Shown: positions 54,836-64,000, counted from the first letter of the stretch. The stretch: 64,000 bases of DNA from an uncultured Chitinophagales bacterium (GCA_964492065.1 CAZBHH010000010.1:14512-78511); one strand, 5' to 3'. Made by a program: numbers and translations. Notes: generated from the sequence alone by a model not told the origin.

Positions 54836-55849
54836 TTAATATCTTGGGCAGGGTAAAACATAATTTTCCGGCAGTACGGGAAGAATACAACCTGTGTAAA
54901 TCAGAGAGACTTCAAAACCGCCGTTACCATTAGTAGCCACATCCAGTCCCGATGTATTGACATCGTAACTGAAACCGAATTTAAAATTTTTGTAATCCAT
55001 TCCGATTAAAGGAATAAGTGCATCGCCGTTGCGCAAATAGGCCCCGGCATAAATGGTGGCCGGGAAGTTCGGATTGCGCATAAAATATCCAATCTCAGCA
55101 CCAAACAACATCTCGGAGGCTCCGCTTTGGCTTTGGAACATGACACCCGGAATAAGCGCCAGGTTCTTATCCAGGTTAACTGTAAATCGGCCATGAGTAA
55201 TCATTCTGGTTCCCAGGCTGTTTCCCTGGTCGTCCAAAAATGTCTCTGTAGGGGAAGTCAGGTGGTTAGCTGCCACACCTACTTCCATGGCAAATGCTTC
55301 TGAGAATCTTCCCTTGTAAACCAGGCCGAAGTTCAAATCCAGGTTGTTGATATTTTCTCCTTTATAGGGTTCAAAATTCGGAATAGCCGGGTTGAATGAG
55401 GAGCCGTCAAACATGTTACCAAACTGGAGGTTAGCCCAGTCCAGTTTTTTTTGTGAAAAACCCACCTGCAAACCGCCGGATAAAAATTGATTGGTACCCA
55501 GGGACATATGATAGGCGGTAGATGCCAGTATCGAGAGGTTAGACAGATTGCCGTCACCGGAAACATCATTATAGATATAAATTCCCACCGCCAGGTTATC
55601 GGTACCTCTGATGCCCTTTACCACAGGTGCATCGGCAAATACTGAAAATGTTTCGTATTTGGCCGGAATACTCGCCCATTGGTTGCGATAGTTTGCCCCG
55701 GCCCGCCAGTCGCAGGCATAATTTCCCGTAAGAGCGGGGTTGAGTTGCAATGGCGCCGCATTGAATTGAGAAAAATGGATATCCTGCGCAGAAGCAGCCA
55801 GCGAACCCATTAAAAAAAGCGCTACCAGAAATTTGTTGAAGTTTGCCAT
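54836..55849 (-). CDS. T9SS membrane protein PorP/SprF family
   Basis: 337 aa with a signal peptide followed by the hallmark QDIHFSQFNAAPLQLNPALTG. Confidence 0.88.
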   Translation of the reverse strand: MANFNKFLVALFLMGSLAASAQDIHFSQFNAAPLQLNPALTGNYACDWRAGANYRNQWASIPAKYETFSVFADAPVVKGIRGTDNLAVGIYIYNDVSGDGNLSNLSILASTAYHMSLGTNQFLSGGLQVGFSQKKLDWANLQFGNMFDGSSFNPAIPNFEPYKGENINNLDLNFGLVYKGRFSEAFAMEVGVAANHLTSPTETFLDDQGNSLGTRMITHGRFTVNLDKNLALIPGVMFQSQSGASEMLFGAEIGYFMRNPNFPATIYAGAYLRNGDALIPLIGMDYKNFKFGFSYDVNTSGLDVATNGNGGFEVSLIYTGCILPVLPENYVLPCPRY

Positions 55850-55860
55850 GTAATCGGTTT

Positions 55861-57744
55861 TTATCTAAGTAAAGTAATTGTTCCCGTTAATTTAAATTGA
55901 TTTTGTTTTTCGTCAATGCCCACAAATATATAAATGTAGGAGCCAACTTCCAGTGCTTTGCCCAAATAAGTGCCGTCCCAGGCATCCGAAAAGTCAGTTC
56001 CCGTAAAAACCGGGGTACCCCAGCGGTCATAAATTTCAAATGAAATCATCTCCATCTCCCGAATTGGAATAGGCCGGACGGTTTCATTCATGCCATCGCC
56101 GTTTGGCGAGAATGCATTGGGGATATTTACCAGTTCTTCAAACAACACGTAAACGGTCACCGAATCAGTATCTACACAGCCGTTTGCATTCACAACAGTT
56201 ACGGTATAAGTGGTTGTTTCTTCGGGATTCGCCTTTGGATTTGGTATATTGACATCGCTCAGCCCGGTACTCGGTTCCCAGCTATAGGTCACTCCACCCG
56301 TGGCGTTTAACCCGGTCGAAGAGCCGTAGTAAATGATTTGATCTATACCGGCATCGGCAATGGGAATTGGCGTGTAAATAACAACGGTATCCGTTGCCAC
56401 ACAACCGTAAAAGACACCGGTTGCTACCAGGAAGGTCGTATCGTACACCGTTGCGATAACCGTATCACCTTCAAAAAATTCCATGGCCTCTGCGGGCGAC
56501 CAAAAAGTGATATTCGCCCCGCTGGCATATAATTCTACCGGATCGCCGGGGCAGACAGTCGTTTCTTCCGGCCAGGCATCCAGCGGGAAGTAGTCATTCA
56601 TGTAAATCACGATTGAATCGCCCGAACTGATTGCACAGGCCAACTCTCCGGTAATGGAAAGAAATTCGACGCCTTCGGTGATGCCGTCGAGGTACACATC
56701 AATTGGCACAATTACAATGGAGTCGCCCGGGTAAAAAATAATGAGTTCGGGGACTGTCGAATAGTCTATGCCATTCGTTGCCGTTCCGGTTATTTCGAGA
56801 TTTACTATGAGGGTATCCAAAGTAGGCGATGCAAGAGAAAAAGTCAACTCGCCGTTATTGCACCCTTCAATTAATTCGGGGTATCCATCGATATCGTAGT
56901 TGTAAGTAATGGTAACGCCGGTACTGCTTAAGCTGCCGGCACGGATGAACACACCCGAATCCAAGACCTGATCGCCCATATCGCTCACGGCGAGTTTCAG
57001 ATGGTAAGTTTCACAGGGAATCACATGGGCTGCTGCGGTCAATACGGTGGTAAAACCATCGTATTGAATATAGTAATCATCGGTAGAGTAAGGAGAAGTA
57101 AACCCGGTGCCATTGTCCACGTAATATTCATCGTAACTGGTTGAGTTTACATTATTAATGGAAACCGGAATCGTAGTCCCCGGAATTAATGCGATATTTT
57201 CCGTACCGACAATACCCGGCCCGCTGATAAAGAATCCAAATACATCGTTAAACGATGAGCCTACGTATTCGAGGTATTCCTCCGAACCAAAAACATATTC
57301 AAATTTTACGGAATCGGATGTAACAGTTACGTCGAACTCCAGTACACAGGCATCGTAGGAAGTATATCCGGGCAGTAAGTCTTCCAAATCAGAATCGCCG
57401 GAGCCGTGACCGTCGCCGGTGGAACTGCCGGAATTATTAGGGCCTTCCACCATAGTAGCGCTGCCGGAAGTGAGCACGATACCCGAATCCATCCCCAGGC
57501 TGCAGTCGAGGCATTCAAAGGCGCCAGACCCGCCGTCGAAGCAGTCGAATTCCACACCGCTAATCGTAACGCCGGCGCCGACCAATAAGGCAGCGAGTTC
57601 CTCAGGAGTAGGGGTGTCATCAACCTCTATCTGCGCCCGCAGATTTGAGTGGTGAAAGCACAAAATAAGCCCAACAACCATGGTAAAGCAATGCAATGTT
57701 TGCATGCTTAAGGATGTAACCGGATTTTTAATTTCAGCTTTCAT
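55861..57744 (-). CDS. choice-of-anchor-L / Calx-beta-like adhesin with a T9SS type-B (gliding-motility-associated) C-terminal domain
   Basis: The N-terminal block ELAALLVGAGVTISGVEF...GIVLTSG...FGSEEYLEYVGSSFNDVFGFFISGPG fits choice-of-anchor L, and ITGTATNGIDYS...ITEGVEF is Calx-beta-like. The C-terminus NAFSPNGDGMNE...FEIYDRWGTPVF...WDGTY is a type-B CTD. An alternative start is the ATG at 57705. Confidence 0.8.
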   Translation of the reverse strand: MKAEIKNPVTSLSMQTLHCFTMVVGLILCFHHSNLRAQIEVDDTPTPEELAALLVGAGVTISGVEFDCFDGGSGAFECLDCSLGMDSGIVLTSGSATMVEGPNNSGSSTGDGHGSGDSDLEDLLPGYTSYDACVLEFDVTVTSDSVKFEYVFGSEEYLEYVGSSFNDVFGFFISGPGIVGTENIALIPGTTIPVSINNVNSTSYDEYYVDNGTGFTSPYSTDDYYIQYDGFTTVLTAAAHVIPCETYHLKLAVSDMGDQVLDSGVFIRAGSLSSTGVTITYNYDIDGYPELIEGCNNGELTFSLASPTLDTLIVNLEITGTATNGIDYSTVPELIIFYPGDSIVIVPIDVYLDGITEGVEFLSITGELACAISSGDSIVIYMNDYFPLDAWPEETTVCPGDPVELYASGANITFWSPAEAMEFFEGDTVIATVYDTTFLVATGVFYGCVATDTVVIYTPIPIADAGIDQIIYYGSSTGLNATGGVTYSWEPSTGLSDVNIPNPKANPEETTTYTVTVVNANGCVDTDSVTVYVLFEELVNIPNAFSPNGDGMNETVRPIPIREMEMISFEIYDRWGTPVFTGTDFSDAWDGTYLGKALEVGSYIYIFVGIDEKQNQFKLTGTITLLR

Positions 57745-57766
57745 TGTTAAGTGTTTAATATGAATC

Positions 57767-60136
57767 CTATCTCACCAAAGTAAATGAACCGCTATAGGTA
57801 TATGATTTACCGACCAGGTCTGTCAAAGTCATTAAATACACATAAGAGCCCATGGGCTGCTCTTCGCCGCCCGGATCTTTACCATCCCAGCCACGTCCCT
57901 GTGATGTGCCTAATACCGACGGGTCGCTCGTGGTGTAAATCACGGCGCCCCAGCGATTGTAAATACTGAATTCAAACTGCGCAATATCACCCCTGCTGAA
58001 CGGGGCAAACAGATCATTGAATCCATCGCCATTGGGGGTAAATGCATTCGGGAAAACGACGAGCGGTACATTTGTTACATATACCATTACCGTATCACTC
58101 GAAAAACACCCCGCTTCGGAGAGTACCGATAGCACAAAGGCGGTAGTTTCAATAGGTGTGGCAAGGGTATTTAATAAAAATGGATTTGATACAAACTCTT
58201 CAGGCGACCACGAAAACTCACCACCGCCAATTCCATTTAGAAATGCCGACTCCCCCAAATAAATAATGGTATCATATCCTGCAAAAGCTACGGGAACCGG
58301 ATCCAGCTCTACCAGGACTTCTGCAGTGTTGACACAACCGTTTGCATCGATTGCGGTAACCGTCAACGGCGTTGTCTCCACTACGGTAATCACGGGGTTG
58401 GCAATATTGGGATTATTGATGTTATCATCCGGGGACCAGGAATATTCAACACCGCCGATTGCAAATAATTGAACGGGTTCTCCGTAGCACACTAAGGTAT
58501 CCGGTCCGGCATCAACGGTGGGTAAGGGGTTGACAGTTATCGTCAATTCCGCATCATTCGTACACCCAAACGGATCGGTTACCACCACGGTATAGGTAGT
58601 CGTAGTAGTGGGATCGGCTGTGGGATTTGCAATATTCGGGTTGCTTAATGTTTCGTCTGGCGACCATAGGTATTCGACACCTCCTGCAGCGGTGAGTGTA
58701 ATTTCGTCGCCGATACATATTGCATCATCGCCGCTGGTGGTAATGGTAGGGCCGGCTGAAACATCCACCGGCACCTCAATTTCCTTTTCGCAGGAACCCA
58801 CCGAGGTATAAACGGTGTAAACAGTAGAAGCCAGGGGACTCGCCACGGTAACGGCACTGTCCGGATGGCTGAGCGTGGCTTCGGGCGACCAGGTATATCC
58901 CAATCCACCCGACGCAGTCAGCGTAACGCTGGTACCATTGCAGATAGTGGTATCGGAGGGCACCACTTCCAATGGTATATCATCGTAAATAAACACGACA
59001 ATGGAATCCGACAAATCGGAAGAACAGCCGAATTCGAGTGCGACAATGATAGTTTCACCGCCTTCGGTAATTCCGTCGTCTGCAACGGTGATTGGAAAAG
59101 AAGCGGCGGTATCTCCGGGGAGAAATACAATACTATCGGGCAGCGAAGTATAGTCACTGCCGGGCGTTGCCGTTCCGCTGATTACAAAATAAGTAATAAA
59201 TGTATCGATGGGCGCAAAAGAAAGGTTCACATTGAAAGAGCCATTGACACATCCTTCGATTAAATAGGGATAACCTTCGATTTCAGGCTCGACATCTACA
59301 ACGATGCCCGGGCTCGACAAACTGCCTGCTTCGATAAATACGCCGGAATCCAACACCTCATCTCCCGCATCGGCAATAGCCAGTTTCAGGTGATAGGTCT
59401 CACAGGGTATCACTGCGCTTTTTGCAGTGAGCACGGTGGTAAATCCGTCGTAGCCGATATAATAGTCATCGGTAGTATAGGGGGGGCCCAGAGTGCCTTC
59501 ACTACAGCCGCCCCATGCCTCGGTACAACCTACGCCATTGTCAATGTAATACTCTTCGTATTCAAGCGGGTTTACTGTATTGATTGAAATCCCGATGTCC
59601 GTGGTAGGAATCAGAGCCAGGTTAACCAGGCCGGTAATACCCGGGCCGCTTATAAAAAGCCCGAAAGCATCGTTTACCGATGAGTTCACATAAGTCGTAT
59701 ATTCTTCAGACCCAAAGACATAATTAAACTGCAGGGTGTCTGACGTCACCGTTACATCGAACTCCAGGATGCATGCATCGTAAGTGGTGTACCCCGAAAT
59801 ATCATCCAAATCCGAATCCCCGGGAGCACCCCATGAGCCAGTATCGCTGGATCCGGAATTCGGCCCTTCAGCGACAAATACATCTCCGGATGTAAGTACG
59901 ATGCCGCTCCCGATTCCGACATTGCAATCCACACATTCAAAGGTGCCGTAAGCGCCATCGTTACAATTTAATTCAACACCTGAAATGGTAACACCCTCAC
60001 CCAGCAGGGAGGTAGCGAGTTCCTCCGCCGTGATATCGTCCTCTACCGTCAATTGCGCATGAAGTGCCGAAACTGACAATATTACGGCAGTTACAAGTAA
60101 TAAAGGTTTTGAACCTACAAGGTGAAAAAGGTGCAT
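57767..60136 (-). CDS. choice-of-anchor-L / Calx-beta-like adhesin paralog with four tandem Ig-like modules and a T9SS type-B C-terminal domain
   Basis: The N-terminal ~390 aa are collinear with the downstream paralog. The Calx-beta-like segment is ISGTATPGSDYTSLPDSIVFLPGD...VADDGITEGGETIIVAL. The C-terminus is NAFTPNGDGFNDLF...FSIYNRWGAVIY...WDGKD. Confidence 0.8.
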   Translation of the reverse strand: MHLFHLVGSKPLLLVTAVILSVSALHAQLTVEDDITAEELATSLLGEGVTISGVELNCNDGAYGTFECVDCNVGIGSGIVLTSGDVFVAEGPNSGSSDTGSWGAPGDSDLDDISGYTTYDACILEFDVTVTSDTLQFNYVFGSEEYTTYVNSSVNDAFGLFISGPGITGLVNLALIPTTDIGISINTVNPLEYEEYYIDNGVGCTEAWGGCSEGTLGPPYTTDDYYIGYDGFTTVLTAKSAVIPCETYHLKLAIADAGDEVLDSGVFIEAGSLSSPGIVVDVEPEIEGYPYLIEGCVNGSFNVNLSFAPIDTFITYFVISGTATPGSDYTSLPDSIVFLPGDTAASFPITVADDGITEGGETIIVALEFGCSSDLSDSIVVFIYDDIPLEVVPSDTTICNGTSVTLTASGGLGYTWSPEATLSHPDSAVTVASPLASTVYTVYTSVGSCEKEIEVPVDVSAGPTITTSGDDAICIGDEITLTAAGGVEYLWSPDETLSNPNIANPTADPTTTTTYTVVVTDPFGCTNDAELTITVNPLPTVDAGPDTLVCYGEPVQLFAIGGVEYSWSPDDNINNPNIANPVITVVETTPLTVTAIDANGCVNTAEVLVELDPVPVAFAGYDTIIYLGESAFLNGIGGGEFSWSPEEFVSNPFLLNTLATPIETTAFVLSVLSEAGCFSSDTVMVYVTNVPLVVFPNAFTPNGDGFNDLFAPFSRGDIAQFEFSIYNRWGAVIYTTSDPSVLGTSQGRGWDGKDPGGEEQPMGSYVYLMTLTDLVGKSYTYSGSFTLVR
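58067..58963 (-). repeat. protein-level tandem repeat: four ~75-aa modules (C..G..v.L.A.GG.eYsWSP...lsNPnIaNP...P..tT.Ytv.v.d..GC...)
   Basis: Residues ~392-690 of the 789-aa product. Module anchor residues (C399, C473, C550, Y625) are spaced 74-77 aa apart. Only two such modules occur in the 627-aa paralog. Confidence 0.6.
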
Positions 60137-60170
60137 AAATTTCCCAATTTAGAATTGCTTAATTCGAATT

Positions 60171-60178
60171 CAAACTTA
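60171..60178 (-). promoter_or_regulatory. candidate -7 box (TAAGTTTG on minus strand) upstream of the T9SS type-B cassette
   Basis: Plus-strand caaactta is the reverse complement of TAAGTTTG, 34 nt upstream of the ATG at 60136. No well-spaced -33 TTG was seen. Confidence 0.35.
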
Positions 60179-60265
60179 CAAAAATTTGGGCAGAATGCAC
60201 TTTTTTTCGCCCACTCTCCGCAAGCATTATGACTTAAATATTACTGCGGGCGCCCCATCGGCATT

Positions 60266-61561
60266 TTATGCAGCCGATTTTTTTGCCCTTCTCAACAAAA
60301 CGCCCATAAACAACAGGCCAAAAACAATTAACCCGACAGAGATAAATTCTGCCTGAGTGGCCCGGATACCCATAAATTCCAGCACATTATTAACCCGAAT
60401 TTTTTCGATAAAGAACCGCTCCACCCCGGTCAGAACGATGTACAGAGCAAATATCAGCCCCGGAGTAGTCCACCGGGAGCGCAGGAACAGCAGCAACAGG
60501 AAAATGGCCACTGCCATAATAGTTTCATACATGGGCGTTGGGAAAACCGCAACGGGCAGCATAGTACACCATTGGCCTTGACACCCCTGGATTGGGATTC
60601 CATCTTCGTTTACATTATGGGCATAGTTTTGCGCTACTGTCCATTGTGGCAAAAAGGAGGGTGCCTTAAACGATTTGGCGGGCACCTGTTCCAAACTCGC
60701 ATGTGCATACAGGAAATAATTGCTGTGTACCTGGAGGATAGAATCAAATGCACCGGCAGAAGCAACGGCTACCGTCGCATCGGGATTTGAAATATAAGCG
60801 CTGTTGTATATTCCCCAGTCGCCATCGCCGGCAGTCTGGCAACCGATCCTGCCAATGCCGTAGGCCAAAATCAGGGCCGGGGCGACAGCATCGCCGAGAT
60901 GCAGCACGTTTATTTTTTTCCTGGTTGCGTAGTAAATAACCGATGCTGCCCCCAGCAACAATCCTCCGTAAATAGTGAGCCCGCTGAAAAAATTGCCGAG
61001 TGGGTCTTCAAAAAATTGCTTCCAACCGCCCGGCTCCTCGAAGTTGGAAAATATTTTAGCGCCGAGTATCCCGCTAATTGCCGCGATAACTGTGATATCG
61101 CCCACCCGCTGATGCGCATACACCTCGACAATTTGCTCCTTGGGTTTGGGCAATTGCCCTTTTTTTTGTTCTTTATATTTTAAATACCCCAGCAATCCCG
61201 CGATGATGACTCCCGCCAAAACATTGCCGGCGCCTGAAAAAATAAATGCCTGCGGATTACTTGCAAAGGCATCGTAATCGAGGATCACCCCACCCAGCTT
61301 AAACCCGAGAACAAACCCAAGGATTGCATTCCAACTGATGTCTATTGGCTTCGGCGGCTCACCAATGGTTATTTTTACCTTTTCGGGTTTTAGGAGCCCG
61401 AGAGATTCCCGGCGTTTCAATTCCCGGGTTAATACATAAGCAGCAACTAAAAATGCTATCGCCACAAAAAAACCGAATGAAAATATGGGCAGTTGTATAT
61501 TAGTGCCGAACAGGTAGTTCAGCATTTCGGAAATCGTGGCAAAAGACCTGAGTAATATCAT
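60266..61561 (-). CDS. prolipoprotein diacylglyceryl transferase (Lgt) family protein, unusually long
   Basis: 431 aa. Lgt-like blocks are YGGLLLGAASVIYY, GIGRIGCQTAGDGDWG, PTPMYETIMAVAIFLLL and YIVLTGVERFFIEKIR. A ~90-aa insertion lies between the second and third blocks. Confidence 0.6.
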   Translation of the reverse strand: MILLRSFATISEMLNYLFGTNIQLPIFSFGFFVAIAFLVAAYVLTRELKRRESLGLLKPEKVKITIGEPPKPIDISWNAILGFVLGFKLGGVILDYDAFASNPQAFIFSGAGNVLAGVIIAGLLGYLKYKEQKKGQLPKPKEQIVEVYAHQRVGDITVIAAISGILGAKIFSNFEEPGGWKQFFEDPLGNFFSGLTIYGGLLLGAASVIYYATRKKINVLHLGDAVAPALILAYGIGRIGCQTAGDGDWGIYNSAYISNPDATVAVASAGAFDSILQVHSNYFLYAHASLEQVPAKSFKAPSFLPQWTVAQNYAHNVNEDGIPIQGCQGQWCTMLPVAVFPTPMYETIMAVAIFLLLLFLRSRWTTPGLIFALYIVLTGVERFFIEKIRVNNVLEFMGIRATQAEFISVGLIVFGLLFMGVLLRRAKKSAA

Positions 61562-62922
61562 GCGGTTTGTATTTTACTTTGATGCCGGACTTTGGGCTGA
61601 AACATGGAATCCGGCATGGGATTACACCACATATCGCCATCTGCATCCACCCGGAGTAACTGCGCCGGGCACACCTCGTTGACGAGCATCGGATCGTAGT
61701 GCGTTTTCACCCGGATATAATTATCCGTAAACCCAAACATTATTTCGCCCTGTGTTTCGGCTTCAAATAATACAGGCCGTGCGGTTCCTACAAATTTTTC
61801 ATAAAAGTACCGGCGCTTTTTGATACTCAGATTTATTAACTGTTGTGTGCGCCGCTCCCTGACTTTCTGCGGTACAATATCTCCCATTGCCACGGCAGCG
61901 GTATTTGGCCTTTCGGAATACGTAAATACGTGCAGGTAGGAGATGTCTAATGCATTTAAAAAGTTATACGTTTCCAGAAATTCCACATCAGTTTCACCGG
62001 GGAATCCGGTAATAACATCTGCACCGATACAACAGTCGGGCATGAGGGATTTAATCGTTTCCACCCGTCCTGCGTACAAGCTGCTGAGGTAACGCCTGCG
62101 CATTTTTTTTAATATCGCATCGCTGCCCGACTGCAGCGGCAGGTGAAAATGCGGAACAAATTTTTCCGACCGTGCTACACACTCGATTATCTCGTTGTGC
62201 AACAGGTTTGGTTCGATGGATGAGATGCGAAACCGCTCAATACCTTCCACGTTATCCAATGCCTGCACCAACTGAAAAAAATCTTCTCTTTCAGATTTCT
62301 CAATGCCTTCCATTTTTCCGAAATCGCCGATATTCACGCCCGTCAATACCACTTCTTTTACTCCGGATGCCGCAATTTTTCCGGCTGTTTCAACGATATG
62401 AGCAATAGAATCGCTCCTGCTTTTACCCCTTGCAAGAGGGATGGTGCAAAATGCACAGGTGTAATCGCAGCCATCCTGCACTTTTAAAAATGTCCGGGTG
62501 CGGTCGCCGATGGAATACGCCGACCGGAATGCTGTCACCTTATCAATTTCCGTGGCAATTGCCTCTCCCCGCTGCCGCTTTGTAATATCCTGCAGGTGCG
62601 CTGCCAGGTTAAATTTTTCCGCCGCTCCCAAAACGATATCCACCCCGGGTATTTCCGCTATTTCTCCGGGTTTCAATTGTGCGTAACACCCTATTACGAC
62701 AATAAAGGCCCCGGGAGAAAATTTCAATGCCTGTTTCACAATTTTGCGGCACTTGTTATCGGCATTTTCCGTAACCGAACAGGTATTTATAACATAGATG
62801 TCTGCCCCGCTTTGAAACGGCACCACACAAAAACCCGCCTCCTGCATTTTCCTGCTGATGGCAGAAGATTCGGAGTAATTGAGCTTGCAACCCAAAGTGT
62901 AAAATGCAACTGTTTTTGACAT
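61558..62922 (-). CDS. mtaB: tRNA (t6A37) methylthiotransferase MtaB (radical SAM)
   Basis: 454 aa with the MTTase N-terminus VAFYTLGCKLNYSES, the radical-SAM motif CDYTCAFCTIP and a TRAM-like C-terminus. Confidence 0.88.
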   Translation of the reverse strand: MSKTVAFYTLGCKLNYSESSAISRKMQEAGFCVVPFQSGADIYVINTCSVTENADNKCRKIVKQALKFSPGAFIVVIGCYAQLKPGEIAEIPGVDIVLGAAEKFNLAAHLQDITKRQRGEAIATEIDKVTAFRSAYSIGDRTRTFLKVQDGCDYTCAFCTIPLARGKSRSDSIAHIVETAGKIAASGVKEVVLTGVNIGDFGKMEGIEKSEREDFFQLVQALDNVEGIERFRISSIEPNLLHNEIIECVARSEKFVPHFHLPLQSGSDAILKKMRRRYLSSLYAGRVETIKSLMPDCCIGADVITGFPGETDVEFLETYNFLNALDISYLHVFTYSERPNTAAVAMGDIVPQKVRERRTQQLINLSIKKRRYFYEKFVGTARPVLFEAETQGEIMFGFTDNYIRVKTHYDPMLVNEVCPAQLLRVDADGDMWCNPMPDSMFQPKVRHQSKIQTA

Positions 62923-62982
62923 GCGCCTGCAAAGTTACCAAATTACAAAGAGCAGGCCTCTGCACTTCGCTATATTTGTCAA

Positions 62983-63720
62983 ATGAAACTTTCTTATAAG
63001 GGATATCAGTTCGATATGCGCTCTCCAATGGATATTTCCACGCCATTGCATACGGGCGATCGCCAGGTCAACTGCTATTACGCTCCGCCATTCAGTGCAA
63101 CGCCGGTCGTAATGGGCGATTTTGTCGGCGATGTAAACAAAGGCAGCCCGGTTAACTACAAAAACGTCCGGTTAAATCCGCATGGCAACGGCACACATAC
63201 CGAATGTGTCGGGCATATTTCCAACCTCGATATTACCATACATGCCGCATTGAAACAATTTCATTTCCTCGCTGTCCTGGTGAGTGTTGCCCCGGTAAAA
63301 ACCGCAACGGGCGACCGCCTTATCGAATCCACTTCGGTAATCGAAAAAATAAGGGTAATTCCCGAAGCGCTTATAATCAGGTCTCTTCCCAATACGGATG
63401 AAAAACTGCATACCAATTATTCAGGTACTAATCCCGCCTACTTTGAGCCCGCATTATTGCAATGGGCCGCAGAGAATAATATCCGGCATTTTTTAACCGA
63501 CCTGCCTTCATTGGACAGGGAGGAAGACAATGGAAAGCTGCTCGCACATCGTGCATTTTTTCAATATCCCGAAACGCCAAGGCTCGACAGCACGGTAACA
63601 GAATTGATTTATGTCCCCGATAATATTCACGACGGCATATTTCTGCTCAACCTACAAATCGCCTCATTCGAGTTGGATGCGACGCCCTCCAAGCCCGTGC
63701 TCTACCCGGTATGCAATTAA
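62983..63720 (+). CDS. cyclase-family protein (kynurenine formamidase-like fold)
   Basis: 245 aa with HGNGTHTECVGH, which resembles the HxGTHxDxPxH metal-binding motif of the putative cyclase family. Confidence 0.6.
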   Translation: MKLSYKGYQFDMRSPMDISTPLHTGDRQVNCYYAPPFSATPVVMGDFVGDVNKGSPVNYKNVRLNPHGNGTHTECVGHISNLDITIHAALKQFHFLAVLVSVAPVKTATGDRLIESTSVIEKIRVIPEALIIRSLPNTDEKLHTNYSGTNPAYFEPALLQWAAENNIRHFLTDLPSLDREEDNGKLLAHRAFFQYPETPRLDSTVTELIYVPDNIHDGIFLLNLQIASFELDATPSKPVLYPVCN

Positions 63721-64000
63721 TTTTCTTTCTTCAACTCCTTAATCGCCAGCAGTTGAAATGCCTTCTCGGGCTTGTTTCTGATAAGCAGGCCGGAAACATC
63801 GGAAATAAAATTCCATAAAAAATCCGGTTTGTATTTCACCTTCGCATATTCGCCCCGCAATCGCTTCATGCCATTGATGCCGGTAACCCGATATCCCTTG
63901 CTTTTGAAATCCTCAGTCGTCCATCCCGAAAGATGTACCTGCCACGGGTTGTTATAGCGGTCGCCCTGCTTTAAGAAACCATTCGGCGTATAAAATATCA
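63717..64000 (-). CDS. C-terminal fragment of an unidentified protein (gene starts beyond the right window edge)
   Basis: My own reverse-strand translation is open for 94 codons: ...IFYTPNGFLKQGDRYNNPWQVHLSGWTTEDFKSKGYRVTGINGMKRLRGEYAKVKYKPDFLWNFISDVSGLLIRNKPEKAFQLLAIKELKKEN*. The stop is at 63717-63719. The tail vaguely resembles the C-termini of class-I methyltransferases, but I do not assign it. Confidence 0.5.
   Translation of the reverse strand, partial: IFYTPNGFLKQGDRYNNPWQVHLSGWTTEDFKSKGYRVTGINGMKRLRGEYAKVKYKPDFLWNFISDVSGLLIRNKPEKAFQLLAIKELKKEN

Noticed and set aside
63772-63957. 61-aa plus-strand ORF near the right edge.
   Set aside because: It is antisense to a longer uninterrupted minus-strand reading frame (63717 to the window end) with more protein-like composition.

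Overview
This is a 64-kb, almost gap-free chromosomal window from a Bacteroidota-type genome. The lineage call rests on T9SS type-A and type-B C-terminal sorting domains, PorP/SprF-, PorE- and PorV/PorQ-like genes, and several TAnnTTTG -7 promoter boxes. I support about 60 protein genes (two cut by the window edges) and one initiator-type tRNA-Met. I found no rRNA, CRISPR array, transposase, integrase, toxin-antitoxin pair or recognisable defence system. Most of the window is housekeeping: ctp, der, era, trxB, gpx, bshB1, rpsP-rimM-trmD-rplS, metG, ldcA, ruvC, greA, rsmA, pdxA, yceD-rpmF-fabH, efp, accBC, purC, lgt-family, mtaB. Three accessory blocks stand out. (1) 9.96-25.34 kb is a 13-gene, single-strand Wzx/Wzy-type polysaccharide operon. 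It carries five predicted PAPS-type sulfotransferases, one GT2, an MBOAT plus SGNH-like O-acylation pair, an uncharacterised 330-aa protein, and Wzz-like and Wza-like export genes. This predicts a heavily sulfated, O-acylated surface polysaccharide and is my best candidate for an undescribed system. (2) 32.2-40.9 kb is a promoter-to-terminator three-gene operon: a 1240-aa SusC-like TonB-dependent transporter, a 1282-aa orphan protein with a T9SS sorting-domain-like tail, and a PorV/PorQ-like barrel. (3) 52.2-60.2 kb is a T9SS type-B cassette: two choice-of-anchor-L/Calx-beta adhesin paralogs, PorP/SprF, and a PorE-like protein with an extra C-terminal domain. All functional calls come from motif reading of the supplied translations. 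No database search was run, so family names are recalled from memory and need HMM confirmation.
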